From positions 52,142,001-52,206,000 of the forward strand of contig OX597821.1 of the NCBI GenBank assembly GCA_951406725.2: a stretch of 64,000 nucleotides of DNA, in the 5' to 3' direction. Within the stretch, counting starts at the first letter, position 1; every line of letters begins with the position of its first letter. A program made the translations under genes and the position numbers. This stretch comes from Octopus vulgaris. Taxonomy: Eukaryota. The notes below the pieces were generated by a model. That model had not been told where the DNA came from. It saw nothing but the letters and a program-made list of their open reading frames with translations, and did no database searches. Below are positions 1-13,666 of the stretch, one piece after another.

Positions 1-335
1 GAATTTTTAGTTGAATGAATCAACTCCAGTACTTTTTTAGGCCCGGTACTTATTCCGTCGATCTCTTTTACCGACCCGCTATGTTAAGGGGGCGTAAACA
101 CACCAACGCTGTTTGTCAAGCACTGGTGAGGAACAAACACAGATGCAAAGATCACACACACACACACGCAGGCACACATATTTGCACGACAGCTTACTTC
201 CAATTTCCGTCTGCTAAATTCACTCACAAGGCTTTGGTCGACCCGAGGCTAAAACACACAAAGTGCCACGCAGTAGAACAGAACCTGGAACCATGTAGAT
301 GGATTCGAAAACGTTTGTGTTATCAGGAAAAAAGC
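1..335 (-). mobile_element. SINE family B (tRNA-like head, internal microsatellite)
   Basis: Shares ttccgtct..caaattcactcacaaggctttggtcg and gacgtaaacacacc blocks with the copies at 4258, 49038 and 56238. Confidence 0.75.
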
Positions 336-368
336 AGTACACAATAACATATTTCAATAGTTCTTGCA

Positions 369-805
369 AAAGCTGTGAGCTGGCAGAATCGTTACTGCAC
401 CGGGCAAAATGCTTAGCGGCATTTTGTTCGTCTCTACGTTCTGAGTTCAAATTCCCCCGAGGTCGACTTTGCCTTCTAGCCTTTCGAGGTCGATAAAATA
501 AGTACCGGTTGAGTACCAGAGTCGATGTAAGCAACTTAGCCCTGAAACTGCTTGCTTCATACCAAAATTTGAAATCAATATTTCCCTTGCAAAGGCGCTG
601 AGCTGGCAGAATCATTAGCACACCGGAAAAACGCTTAGCGACATTCCGTATAACTTGACCTTCTGAGTTCAAATTTCGCTGAGGTTGCCTTTACTGCTCA
701 TCCTTTTGGGGTCGATAAAATAAAAACCAGTTGAACACGGGGTCGCTGTAATCGACTTACCCTTTTCCTGAAACTTCTGACCTTGTGCCAAAATTTGAAG
801 GCAAT
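369..805 (+). mobile_element. Two tandem copies of tRNA-derived SINE family A
   Basis: Head gagctggcagaatc, B-box-like gagttcaaattcc and central gtcgactttgcctttcatcctttcggggtcgataaa. About 25 copies or fragments of this family occur in the window. Confidence 0.85.
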
Positions 806-999
806 ATTCTTGTTCTTTCTAGTTCCATTGAAATATTGAAGTCTAACGAAATAATGATCAAATATATCAACCTACATCCATCGCTTTGAGCAATGAACTC
901 TATCCTCCTAAAAAAGCCTTTCATAACGAAGTGAATTCGATTATTGTCTGTTTGTTGTTTGTCTCTTCTTTGAGATACTCCACAGTGCAGGGTTTTAAA

Positions 1000-1146
1000 A
1001 CTGGAACACAGTGCTATGACATTGAGCTAAAAGTCAGTGTAAGAGCTCAATGCTGAAATACAGTAGTGGAACACAATGCCAGGAAACAGTACCAAAATAT
1101 AGTATCGGAATTCAGCAGCAAAACACAATACTGGGATTCAGCGCCA
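1000..1146. repeat. Degenerate 13-bp minisatellite, about 11 units
   Basis: actggaacacagt, gctgaaatacagt, agtggaacacaat, gccaggaaacagt, accaaaatatagt, atcggaattcagc, agcaaaacacaat, actgggattcagc. Confidence 0.75.
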
Positions 1147-2172
1147 GATTGTTGGTCATCAAACGCTTATCGATTTAAATCTCCCCAACTCTTCTAAAAA
1201 TAAATGTTCAAACTATATTTCCTGCCTCCAATGCCATATTTGTTTTGGTTTTCGCCAAATTGAATCTAAATTATGAAGTTTGTTGAGGCGTTTATATAAT
1301 ACAAATCTAAAATTACATTTTTAACCTTTATTTGCTTCTCCCTAAAATTATTGAAGCCGGCAAAGTGTTTGATTATGAGATAACTCTAAATCAAAATGAC
1401 ATTTTTGTTTCTTTAACGAATTTGTAATTTTACATTTCATCGCAATTAACTTTGTAGTAGCGACCTTTGTTAGCGGACTGAAATGTTTTATGGATAAAAG
1501 CAAAATGTTTACACCATTCATCACAAAATATGTCATTAAAACAAAATATAAAATATTAAAAAATAGCAAATAATTTATTCCTAACCACAGAAACAATTCA
1601 TTAGAAAGTTATCGAAATAATAATTTTTTTCAACCAAATTTGTCTTCCAAAATATTATTTAACTGATATTTTTAACGATAACCATGAAATAAAAATGTAT
1701 AATTTAGTAACTGTTGGGGAAGATCGAGTGCTAATCCAATTATATATCGTCTACTCCTTTCTCCCCCATTCTTTCACTTGCCTCGCTTTGTTCCATTCAC
1801 TCTTTATTGCTTCCATGCTGTTACTTCCAACCTTACTTTTTCAAAAATTCTTTAATTCTCCACTTAATTTCGAAAATTTTATTCAGTTTCACAAACCAAA
1901 GGGATGAAAGAACAGGGAATTTTATTGATGGAGCGTTGGATTTTGAGATCTCTATACAAAGACAACTAATCCTCGCATCTAGATTCATTGACCCCAGGGA
2001 TATGGATAATATATCTCCTCTATAATTTACTTCTCATAAAATTGCTACTGTGTTCTTGTTCCCGATCAATTTCCAGTCTCCTAAAGCTGGACATCAAAAA
2101 CTAAAAAAATAAAGGAATTTTAGTCGGCTTCCTTGATAACTACTGACTGATCAACAGAAATGAATTATAATA

Positions 2173-3437
2173 CGAAGGGTGTTCATTAATGATTTCCCCT
2201 GAACCACTTTCCAAAGACTGGGATAAACGAAACCAGGCACAATTATTAGTCTTTCTCTACATAGCCACTACCAATGGTGATATACTTCTTCCATCGCTTT
2301 ATACAGCTGTAAAGACCTCGTCTGTAGAAGTCGGTAGGTTGCATCAGGAGTCAAGACTTTACCTCGGAAATAAGTTCATCATCCCAAAAGTGCTTCCCCT
2401 TCAAAAAAGGCTTCATGGTTGGAAAGAAGTGGACGTTAGATGGTGCGAGGTCAGGAGAATAAGGAGGATAAGGGATGATTTTATAGCTGCAGGAGTATGC
2501 TTTCATCTGGGCAACATGTGCATTGTAAACCGGGGCGTTGTCTTGAAGGAGACAGACTCCTTTGGTCAGCATGCTACGCCTTCCTGGCTTTGATGGCGTC
2601 AGCAGAGAAGCATAATATGCTCCGTTAATTGTGGTGGTGCCCTTTGCCAGAAAATCCATCGTCAATACTCGGCGCTGATCCCAAAAGACTGTGAGCATCA
2701 CCTTGTCTGCTGAAGGTTGAACACGAGCCTTCTTTGCAGGAGGTGAATTATCATGCTTCCATTGCTTCGACTGGGCTTTACTCTCAGGATCTAGTGATGG
2801 GTCTATGTTTCATCCTGTGTGATAAGGCTGACGAAAAAATCCTTGTTTTCTTGGTACAATGCCAAAAGCATTTGGGGGTAATCGACTCGCTCCTGCTTCT
2901 GAAAATGTGTGAGCATCCTCGGAATCCATCGTACAGACAACTTCTGCATGGGCAAATGGTCGTGAATGATTATTTTCCACGGACCCTACATTTATCTTCA
3001 CTTCTTGGGCTAGTGACCAAATATTTATATGGTGATCTTCCAAAATGGTAGCTTCCACTTTATGGATGGTGTCATCATCAATGGTGGAATGTGGTCCACA
3101 TTTCCACCGATGTCCGACCACATTTGAACTGGCGATGGCAGTGTTTGACTACGTCGTATGATGGGGCATCGTGACCATAAACGTCTTTCTTGTCGTAGAA
3201 AGTCTCTTTTGGCGTACGGCCTTTCAAGTATAAGAACCTGATCACTGATCTGCATTCAATTGCCTCCATTATAACATCCTAGTACACTTCAGCAGCCGTA
3301 AAAGACAAACGGATATCAGTGGAAAGCTGCAATTTACAATGTGACATATTGAGACATGTATGATTATACCTGTGCAAGTTCCCTTTCCTGCAATAATCAG
3401 AAGTGGGTCAGGTGAAATCTTTAATAAACACCCCCTG
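2173..3437 (-). mobile_element. Full-length decayed mariner (DD34D) transposon
   Basis: Imperfect TIRs of about 38 bp (cgaagggtgttcattaatgatttcccctgaaccactt / aagtgggtcaggtgaaatctttaataaacaccccctg) with TA on both sides. Broken transposase: MEAIECRSVIRFL, WIPRML, DET, LQDNAP, PYSPDLAPS. Confidence 0.93.
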
Positions 3438-4257
3438 TATAAGTGACTGTGTATTTCACTAAAATAATACCTAGAAAGGAATCAGTGTGCTGCTGGGTGT
3501 GGCAAGATCGGTGCTTTGATTTAGAAATACCATCTACCCGAGGTGCTACTACAGTTTTTGACTATCAAATTTCACTCACCAAAATATGGGTCGACCCGAA
3601 GCAATGACAAGGAAGTTGTCCAAGATACTGCACAGTGGGACAACTCCTAGCAATTAAGCACTAGGATCAATGTGATCAGCTTGTCCCTACCCTATAAAAT
3701 TACTGAACTTGTACCAACATTTTGGCCCTGCATGATCCCCCAGTTCCAACTGTCGGTTCTGGTTCATTGTCAAAAGATCTTTGCTAAGTTTGCACTATCC
3801 TCACACCCTTCAGTTTTCCGCCATATTTACTCTGTGGCACAAAGGTGACAGCAAATCAACCGCCCATATACTTGGACAAGAATCCTCCTTTTATTGAGAG
3901 ATATGCACTGTGCTACCACTTTGTGGATTGGTGTGTCATGCACTATTCATACCTGCTTTGTTGCTTGAATCTCTGAAAGAGAAGGATTTACCTCATTCAA
4001 TAAATCACACATCCTGGCATCTGTCTGTCCTGGTTTTATCCCAATCTTTATTGCATTTTTCTTTTAACAGTTTGCAACAGAATTTACAATTTCTGTTTCT
4101 ATGCTTCACTATGAGATGATCGGTGGGAACACAAACTGCCAAATTCTTTTCTCCCAAGAGTAATTGAACTTATAAAGCTATTCTATAAATTCCCAAGTGA
4201 AATAATTGTTGACAAAGCAAATATCAAATTCCTCACATTTATTTTTTTATCTTTTAA

Positions 4258-4610
4258 CTTTTACTTGTTTCAGTCATTAGACTGCGGCCATGCTGGAGCA
4301 TCACCTTGAAGAATTTCAGTCCAATAAATGGACCGAGTACTTACCTTTTTCTTTAAGCTTGGTACTAATTCTATCGGTTTCTTTTGCTGAATCGCTAAGT
4401 TACAGGGACGTAAATGCATAACATCGGTTGTCAAACGGTCGTAGGAGACAAACTAAAAGACACACACAGGCACACAGACATACATACACACATAAATATA
4501 TACACAAGGGGCTTCTTTCAGTTTCTGTCTACCAAATCTACTTGCAAGGCTTCGGTCGGCCCGTGGCTACAGCAGAAGATTTTTCCCATGTGGTTGGGAA
4601 GCAATCCACG
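4258..4610 (-). mobile_element. SINE family B
   Basis: ttttacttgtttcagtcattagactgcggccatgctggagca end, internal CA-rich tract and family B blocks. Confidence 0.8.
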
Positions 4611-6029
4611 ACTCAGCGTTCGTTTTAATTCTCTTATTCTGTCGCCAGTACCGACAAAGAAAGGCTGATATACGTTTCTAATATAATCTAAGAAAACCTT
4701 GACTAGTCTATGTTACCAATATCAACTAAGACAGCCATAATTAAACTATGTTTTTGATATACACCAATAAAGAAAAAGAATCTAACCTTTGTTATTAATT
4801 TTCCTGTGTAATCTGTTTCTAATTTCCACTAAGGAAACGGCCATGCTTTTACAAATTGTCATTCTCTCTTAAATATTTGTTGGAACTCATAAAACCAACT
4901 AAGATATTAACAATATTGTTTATTTTTATAATAATTAACTAAAGTTTATTAATGACAATACAAAAACAAAAATAACACAAAGAGTACATCCAAATACAAA
5001 CAACCATATGGCGCCTACTTTAATTTTAAAGAGAAAGACAATAAGATTTTAGAATAAATTTGGAATAAAAGAGTAAGTTGGCAGCTGCAGAGTAAAATTG
5101 GCTTCTTAAAAGTTATACTGCCGAGAAGAGATAACAATTACTAAATAGAATTTCCTGTCTTATTTCCACAGTGATAAAACCAAATTATTCTATAGATGAA
5201 TATGGTTTTATTCCTGATGTTTTCAGAACTTTATAACATCAATTCAGTTTTCTTAAAAATAAATAATTAACTTTAAAAAAGAGAAAGGAAAGCAAATATA
5301 AAAACGAAAGAAACTCTAGTGTGATTTCCTGCGATATTTTTTGTTACAATAATCTTGATATATTTTGTCGATTTTCCAAAATAAACCTGACTCCACTCTA
5401 ATAAAAGTCACAATATATGGAGACAGTAAAGTTTTGTAATAATTTTTCTGAAATTGTTTCCTATAATACTGTCTTCCTGTCATAAGTAGTTATTATCAGG
5501 ACAATAGTATTCTTTAGTAAATTTTCTGAGAAAAAGAAAATAAAGAGGGAGAGAAAGAGAGAGAGAGCGACAATGAGAGATAGAGAGTGAGTGACAGAGA
5601 GGGAGAGAGAGCCACAGTGAGATAAATAAATAGATAGAGAGAGAGAGATGGTGCGATAGGTGCTTCAATTTTAAGATTTTGGGGGGATTTAAAAAATATT
5701 TTCACATAATATAAATTTTGCCACTTGAAATAAATGCGGTTACCACTCTAGGGAGGTCTCTTCATCTGATACAAGGCATTACTCGAGATATTAAACTCTA
5801 ATCTTTCACACAGAATCTAACCTCTTTCACTTTGTGACCTATTTCATATTTACTCATTGCTGACTTAAAACATGAAATCTTTCCAAAGATTCTAATACTT
5901 CATTATTACACAAAATTTTGTTCGTAAGAAAATTGAAGTTTGAATTTAAGACGCCTCTTGCATAATAAAATACTAGTAATATACCTGTTGTCTCTGAAAC
6001 CGTATTACTCCTCTCTATTAATACACTGT

Positions 6030-6065
<36 letters not shown>

Positions 6066-6153
6066 GACTGATTGAAGAAGCTGGTAGGATTTAGTGATGT
6101 GGACATTTATTTTCTAAATTCTGCTATAAAATCGAAGACAACCCTATATCATT

Positions 6154-6368
6154 AATTTCAAATTTTGGCACAAGGCCAGCAATTTTGGGGGAGGTTGGTA
6201 AGGCGATTACATCGATCCTAGTGCTCGTCTGGTACCTATTTTATCGACTCCGAAAGGATGAAAGGCAAATTCGACTTCGGCGGAATTTGAACTCAGAATA
6301 TGAAGATGGACTAAATGACGCTAAGCATTTTGCTCGGCTTGCTAACGATTTTTCTAGCTCGCCGCCCT
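6154..6368 (-). mobile_element. SINE family A
   Basis: Reverse complement of the family A consensus. Confidence 0.85.
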
Positions 6369-9074
6369 AGACAACTCTAAAATATTAATAATAATTAAGT
6401 ATTGAATACAGTGGGAGAGTAATTCTGATCGTTAACTATACGCTGACTGGTTGTTCTCATCCTGTTATAGTCGTCATAGTTTATTCAGGGAGGTTAAATA
6501 TCCAAATAGTAACATTTATGTGATGAGCAGAAGGAAATATGACTTATGCTAGTTTAATTTGATTTTGACAAGTACAGGTGATAAGTCCCGACGCGTTTCG
6601 GTTTTATTAAATCTTCTCAGCCATTGATTATTCTCCGTACATGCCATATTAGTGATAAGGGAATTCGTTATATTGATGTACTCCAAGCAGCTAGCAAGCA
6701 AGGAAAAGTTTATGATTAGCTGAAACATGTCTAGTATTTTCTCCCGTATTTGTTAAGATCTCATTAAATTAATAGCTAAGGCGGTATGTAGTTCTAAGTT
6801 ATCTAATATCCTCTGAGCCAATACTTTCTTCACCTTATTGTATAAGACTAATTGGTTTTTTGATTGTTGTTTGTTAGTTATCATACAGATTGTATCTATG
6901 GGTATCGCTCATTAGTCGAAGTGATATAAAAATGGCAAAAAGAAGGGGAATAAAGAAATATTTTGCAGAAGGATTGAAAGAAACATTGAGATTTACACAA
7001 ATGAAGTAGAAATAAAGTTAGAGACTCGAAAATGGGAAATATTGTAACTCACTTGTAAACTACCCTTCGGACAGTATTCAGTAAGAATCGATTGGTTTGG
7101 TAAATCTAAGCAAACTCCAACAAAACGTACAATATGATCGTTGATGGCATCCTTAATCTGAAAGAAATAGAAAATAGAAATAGTTGTAAGAAAAGATAAA
7201 ACAAAAACATATTTAAACGTTTTACTTGCTAACTCAAATAATATTCCAATATTTTCTGATAGGAAAGTAGTATAACATAACTAATGTAGTCAACAAACTA
7301 ATTAACATTATAACTGAATAGAGGTGAGGTAAACATTATTAAACAATAGTTTCAGCAATCAAAGACAAAGGTGACAATTATAAAGTGGCTACTAGTTAAA
7401 GGATGACATTGTTGACGGTAAATCTCGTGTGCCTCCTCCTCAAATATTATGAAACCAGCATACAGGCAGGTGTGTTGCATACACTTCAGACATGCATTTT
7501 GGCCCCTTCTTTTAAAGTTTAAAGATTTCACTTAATGTCTCTGAAGGGACTGTCTCCAGCCTTTGTTTGGATGGTACTTCCAGAAGGAAGTAAGGTTACT
7601 TGACGGGTCTGACCTGATATCATTTGAACTCACAAGATAAAAGGTATTAAATTGAACAATGTAAATGATCTGTGAATAACTCAACGATTTCAGCCATTTC
7701 CCTTTACGCGCCTTTCTCTCATATTAAAACATTTAGCAATAAACCATGCCAGTACTTGTACAAACGATCTTAATCTTATCTTTATTGAGTGTCTTCGTTT
7801 GTATTTTATAGTGCTTTTATAGAGTATCTTTCTAAATTAATGTCACTGACAAACAAAATAAATAAATAACAATACCCATTATATAAAACACTTGCAAAAT
7901 TAATTAACCTTATTTTCCAAACATTCGGTTTAATTATACTGTCAAAATTTCAGTTTCTTCAACTTTCAACTTCCTTTTCAGATGACAGTAATTTATAACT
8001 AAAGGTATCTTATTATGCTATATATTTGTAAAAAAATAATAGTCTTCTAATTGCACACTGTTTTCAAGATGCTACTTGTAACGTTGAAAATAATAATTGG
8101 TATGAGACGATCGTGTAATGGATGATGTCGCTCGAGTATTTATTATAAAAATCGGAGAGTAGAGATAGTTAGGGGTAAGTAGGTTAGCGACAAAATACAG
8201 AAAAGAAAACATACAAACAAAACAAATGAAAGATGTCGAAGATAATAACTCAACCAAATCGAATTGTATTCATTGCTGATGACAAGTGTCATCGTTGAGA
8301 TGGTAGGGTCACAGTAAAGTCTGTTTTAAGATGATATCAGGTCAGACCCATCAAGTAACCATTTCCTACTTGAAGGTGAAATTGCAGCAAAAGTGTAAAC
8401 GAAGATTAGCATAGAACAACAATAACAAACGCAGATATAAATTGTAGAGATGTTATTTTACTTCATAATTTCTAAAGAAACGTGTTTAAAGTTGCAGATT
8501 CTTTTTGAAAAAAGGAAGTGCAGAAATATCTGCTTCTGCACGCCCTGCTAGATGCAACCATCAAGTCACTAACTTGAAAAAAGATTACTATCTTAAAAAA
8601 ATGACGGATACGTTGAATATTGTAAACTTGGATAGGCCATGTCTTAAAAATGATTGTGTTGCAACCTCTGGTAACGCTTTTTGTTTTGTTGATTTGGACA
8701 GGCCATTGACAAAACAACAACAACAACAAAAATAAAACAACAGCAGAAGCAACAACAACAACTGCAGCAGCAAAAGGGACAACAAAAATAACCAGAACAC
8801 CCTCATTGGTAGCAACAGTAACAATGTAAAAAAACAAACAAGAAAAATAGTTACTGCAGAAACGACTTCAACAAGTAAAACAAGAATCTATTTCACCATA
8901 TACTGTTTGACGAAAACTGAATCAACTGAGTGAATATAGTGTTACTATTTAATTAAAAGCAGATTGCACGTATTTCAATTGACCAAATGGAAAGGGAGCT
9001 GTTTGTTATTTTTGTTGTAGATTTATGATCTAAGTAGTTCTATCTGTGACAATTCTGTCTTAATTTAGACCTAA

Positions 9075-9368
9075 CTAGCAGTATCGCCCGGCGTTGCTCG
9101 AGTTTGTAAGGGAAATAACTATATAAGCATTTTTAGAGAGTTATAGCCAAAATTAGCAAAAAAATGCATTAAAAATGGGAAAAAAATGATGGTAATTTTT
9201 TAAAAATCGTAGACTCATCGTAGACACGCGCTAATACCCAGAAGGGCTTTATATGAATCACGACTATAAGATACCCGGTTTTGGTTAAACTGCACCGCAA
9301 AATGTGGGAGTAGTTAGGAATCTAAATCGAAGGGGACAGACACACAACCTTACTTTTATATATAAAGA
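9075..9368 (-). mobile_element. Non-autonomous Helitron
   Basis: Minus strand starts A|TC and ends CTAG|T. GC-rich subterminal hairpin (ctcgagcaacgccggg) about 10 nt before CTAG. No target duplication. Confidence 0.8.
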
Positions 9369-9579
9369 TATATTTAGGACAAAGGTATATTTCCTTTTTG
9401 AAGACACTAAGATGAAATTTAATGGAGATTCCCTTGCGATTTCTAGCATGGTCAAGTGACGACCTTGAGGGCTTCTCCACTGTTCGCTCCTTGCTCAGTT
9501 TCCAGTACTTAGTTTTGAGTTCAACTACTTAAATTATCTGAAGACAGTAGACCTGCTAGAAGCAGCAGACAATTCTCAT

Positions 9580-9733
9580 CTTAGCGGTGTTTCGTCTATC
9601 GTTACATTCTGAGTTCAAATTCCACCTAAGTAGACTTTGCTTTTATCCTTTCGGGATCGATAAAATAAGTACCAGTCGAGCACTGGGGACGATTTAATCG
9701 ATGTGCTGGACTTGGGCCAAATTTTGATACCAT
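9580..9733 (+). mobile_element. SINE family A, 5'-truncated
   Basis: ctgagttcaaattcc...tcgataaaataagtaccag. Confidence 0.75.
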
Positions 9734-10143
9734 TATTTACAACTAAAATTTGCATCTAATGTAGTATGAAAGTAAATTGCTATGTCGAACGCAAATTCTT
9801 TGAAAATTAACATAAACAGGGAAGTGATAGAGAACCGCAGACAGTGGAAGACAGATCAAAGAGTCTTTGACTCAGCTGCACCTGAATTTTTATTTTCGTT
9901 ATCAGCATTCTTTAAGGTGAAAATAAGCTTATACAACTTATAGAAGAAAGAAAGAATTATAAAAAAAATATGTGGAATATAATTCTGTAAACACAATGTT
10001 TCGAGAAAAATGAAATGAATTTTTCCCTTTTGCTCTTGCTTCAATTTCTTCTCCAAAAACAAAAGAAACAAAGAAAAACAAGACAAAAATAAACAAAAAG
10101 AAATAAAAAATCGTTGAACTACACTATCAATCAACAACACAAC

Positions 10144-10240
10144 TATGTATGTATGTATGTATGTATGTATGTATGTATGTATGTATGTATGTATGTATGT
10201 ATGTATGTATGTACCTACCTACCTACCTACCTATCTATCT
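10144..10240. repeat. (TATG)n(TACC)n(TATC)n microsatellite
   Basis: Direct reading. Confidence 0.95.
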
Positions 10241-10570
10241 TCCCCTTTACACCATATATCATAACACTGTGATACACGATCCCTATTGATCGTTTTTTTT
10301 CCTCTTCCCCTTTTTTCTTCTTTTTTCATTTCTCTTTTCTTTTGTTCCTTTTCCTTTTCCTTTTTTTATTTTTATTTTTTTATTTTTATTTTATTTAATT
10401 TTTTTTTGTTCTTTTCTTCCCTTTTACGATCCCTCTTGATCGAAAACCTACGCCACCCCTTCTTTTTTTTTGTTTCTTTTGTTTTTTGTTTTTTTCATCC
10501 CCCAAAAGAAAAGCTCTACCTTGTAACTTGTCCCATCTGTGTGCAGCCCTGTGTGGCCAATAAAGAAACT
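10240..10570 (+). mobile_element. Probable L1/Tx1-type LINE 3'UTR
   Basis: T-rich tract ending gccctgtgtggccAATAAAgaaa, inserted in TATC-type repeats. Similar termini at 37140-37158 and 55595-55612. Confidence 0.5.
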
Positions 10571-10631
10571 TATCTATCTATATATCTATCTGTCTGTCTG
10601 TCTACTATTTATCTATTTGCATATATAATTA

Positions 10632-10776
10632 TGCAGGGCCAAAAGTCACGCACCAAAACATTCCACATTTCGTTTATGCGAGCTGGCAGAATCATTATCG
10701 CACCGGGGAAAAACGCTTAGCGGCGTTTCGTCCATCCCCACGTTCTGAATCCAAATTCTGCGGAGGTTGACTTTCC
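10632..10776 (+). mobile_element. TIR-like end joined to a SINE A head
   Basis: cagggccaaaagtcacgcaccaaaac...tttatgcgagctggcagaa, the same junction as 26651-26712. Confidence 0.7.
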
Positions 10777-11465
10777 CCTCCCTCTCTCTCTCTATCTTTC
10801 TATCCCTCGATAATGTATATGTTTAACGTTGTATATGCTCTAAGTATGATATACAGCTTGCTCTTTTGCACACACAGCGCTCCTGTCACTCATATCAAAC
10901 ATACACACACACGTACGCACACACACACGCTCTCTCTCTTTCTCTCTCTCATTAATATTATGTATGTAGGTAGATAGAGTAATATCCCAGCTCTTCCCTC
11001 GAGAAGCATATCTCCTTATTCCATTATTATAATCCAATATGAAGTTGTTGTCGTTGTTGTATAGATGAAAAGTACATTTTAAAGTTGAAAATTCTGGAAG
11101 TATTTTTTGAAGAGTTATTCTATAACAAAACATGAATTTCGAATATGTACTGATATTATTTATTTGCCAGTAGAAATGTTTCATCTGCTACTAGGAATTA
11201 CGAAGTTTTACATGTTAGATAGACACGTCAGGAATTTCCTATTAGGAATTTTTCAGACAGAGAAATCATTTAGATGAAGGGTTTATATTTACTAAGAAAT
11301 CAAGAGCAGAATATAGAGTTGGTGTGAAAGAGGGAAGAGCAAATTCGATACTACAGAAGAAAAGAAAAGACAGTTATATACATACATGCACACACAAATA
11401 TATACACACATATAACGGGTACGTATACAGAAGTAAATACGTACAGATTGATGTGGATATATTCA

Positions 11466-11469
<4 letters not shown>

Positions 11470-11520
<51 letters not shown>

Positions 11521-11592
11521 GTATACATATATATACATATACATATATACATATACATATATACATATACATATATATATATACATATATAC

Positions 11593-11647
<55 letters not shown>

Positions 11648-11704
11648 CATATACATATATATATATATATATATTTACATATACATATACACATATACAT
11701 ATAC

Positions 11705-11735
<31 letters not shown>

Positions 11736-11779
11736 TATATATATACACATATATATATACACATATATTTATACATATA

Positions 11780-11811
<32 letters not shown>

Positions 11812-11880
11812 CATATATATATATACATATATATATATACATATATATATATATACATATATATATACATATATATACGT
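11470..11880. repeat. Long compound (TA)n/(TATACA)n microsatellite
   Basis: About 410 bp of alternating purine-pyrimidine sequence; source of many spurious YI-repeat ORFs. Confidence 0.97.
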
Positions 11881-12096
11881 ACATACACGTGCCTACATAC
11901 ACATGCATGCACACACATAAACGTATACACAACTATACATTCCCGTACGTGTATTCATACGCATTTACTTACATATGTACATCATCGCACGCTTAGTTTG
12001 AAAGATGTTTACATATAGCTCTTTTGACACAAGAAAAATACAAAAGCATATATAAAAAATATATAATTAAATAAAACAAGGCTCAAATGAATCCTA

Positions 12097-12155
<59 letters not shown>

Positions 12156-13371
12156 CATACATATATTTGTGTGCGTGTGTATGCTTGTGTATGCATGAAC
12201 ATTAGATAAAGAAATACACAGGATAAAAGATAAACACTAATTTACAATGGATATTCAAACTAGTAGGCCAAACTGAAAAATACAATACAACAAATACATT
12301 AAAAGTATTCCAACTATACACATATTACACACAAAGTGAAATATATGCTAGGTGTAGAACAGATAAATGCATAATCAAAAATCTCATGAAAGGAAATACA
12401 AAATGCGTCACACCATATCATAAACTGATATCCATTTACAACACACAAAAGCATGTTTATACGAAAAGAAAAGATAATTGTAAACTTTGCGACTCCAACC
12501 AGACAAGACATCAGCCAGACAAGACCAACACTTTTTCCTTGTTCACTAAGTATTTAAAACAAGTATTTGTTATGTATTACACTACACACTATACACACAA
12601 AACTAGAAAGGAAAATATTAGCTGATAATACTTTCATACTTTGTATTATTCCACTCAGAAATAGACGATTGATTATGAAATTAATGTTAGTAAGAAGAGT
12701 ACAACTAACATAGAACATACCTCTCTAGTACCAATCCACAGACATAGAACTCTAACACTCTTACGTTAAAATTCTGCCAGAAAAGTCCATACAAAAATGA
12801 ATAGTTTATAATAAAAATGAGAGTACAGAAATCAGAACTAGTTCAAATCCTGAAAACAAGGCTGAGATAACCTAGAAACATTGATAAAGCTGGATTTGGG
12901 AATTTATCGTTCTAAACAAATTATAAGTGTATGATAGGTACATGCGAAAAGACTTTAATTAAAAGAGGTTAGATCAGAACACAGTTGTGCTTTCAATATA
13001 ACATGTCTAAAAAGAAGCTGTTTACAATATATATTAACAGATTGCATACAGAAGCATATAAAACACGCGCACGCACGCACACAAACACACACACAAACGT
13101 ATACACACTCCCTTTCAGAAATACAGCATGAGGACAGATCTAAAGTCTTGTACATGCTCAAGATATGACTTGTATCGATTTTGATTTAACTTGGTGTTAC
13201 TTGAATCACTACCTTATATTCTCCATAGAAAGTTTATGAAAATGGCCGCCGTGCAAAATTTTTAAGTCATCTCACATCAACCAATCAAGATACAGTGTTT
13301 TAAAACAGAAAAAAATGTCTATAATGAAAATTTATTGCATAATGTTTCTTTCAAGAAGTTATTCTAAATTG

Positions 13372-13666
13372 CTAATATTTCGTGTGGCTTCCCTTAGCTT
13401 GAATAATTGCTTCAATGCGCTTGGATAAAATGCGTACAAATCCTTCACCATTTTCACAGGTATGATATGCCATTCTTGTATCTGAGCTCTCACAACTCTT
13501 CAAGATTGCTTAAATTCTTCTGACAAACTCTTCTCTTTAGTTCTGTCCACATTTGCTCGATGATATTTAAGTTAGGGCTCTGATCCGGTCAATCTTTCAA
13601 TACGGTAACACCTTCATCAGCCAGACTCTGTTGTGTTGCACGCGATCTGTGGCATGGCGCCCGTCA
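13372..13666 (-). mobile_element. Tc1-type (DD34E) transposase remnant
   Basis: Minus strand reads DG(A)PCHRSR...QSPNLNIIEQMWTELKRRV and ends KRIEAIIQAKGSHTKY*, the typical Tc1 C-terminus. TIRs not identified. Confidence 0.85.

Noticed and set aside
220-672. Recurrent ORFs containing YRPRK..RQSRPRRNLNSE (also 6185, 47747, 52604, 58456)
   Set aside because: Antisense readings of SINE family A. The shared peptide reflects the repeat, not a protein family.
2189-3051. Plus-strand ORFs of 134 and 105 aa
   Set aside because: Antisense to the mariner transposase remnant.
8505-8837. ORFs with poly-Q, poly-V or poly-L; His/Thr-rich ORFs at 40378-40756 and 46700-46963
   Set aside because: Decayed trinucleotide repeats (CAA, CAC) with no domain or exon support.
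11324-11996. Long overlapping ORFs rich in Y/I/H/T or C/V/M (also near 20.3, 22.6, 30.1, 34.3, 42.1, 43.4, 58.4 and 61.0 kb)
   Set aside because: Translations of TA/CA microsatellites, which lack stop codons; not genes.
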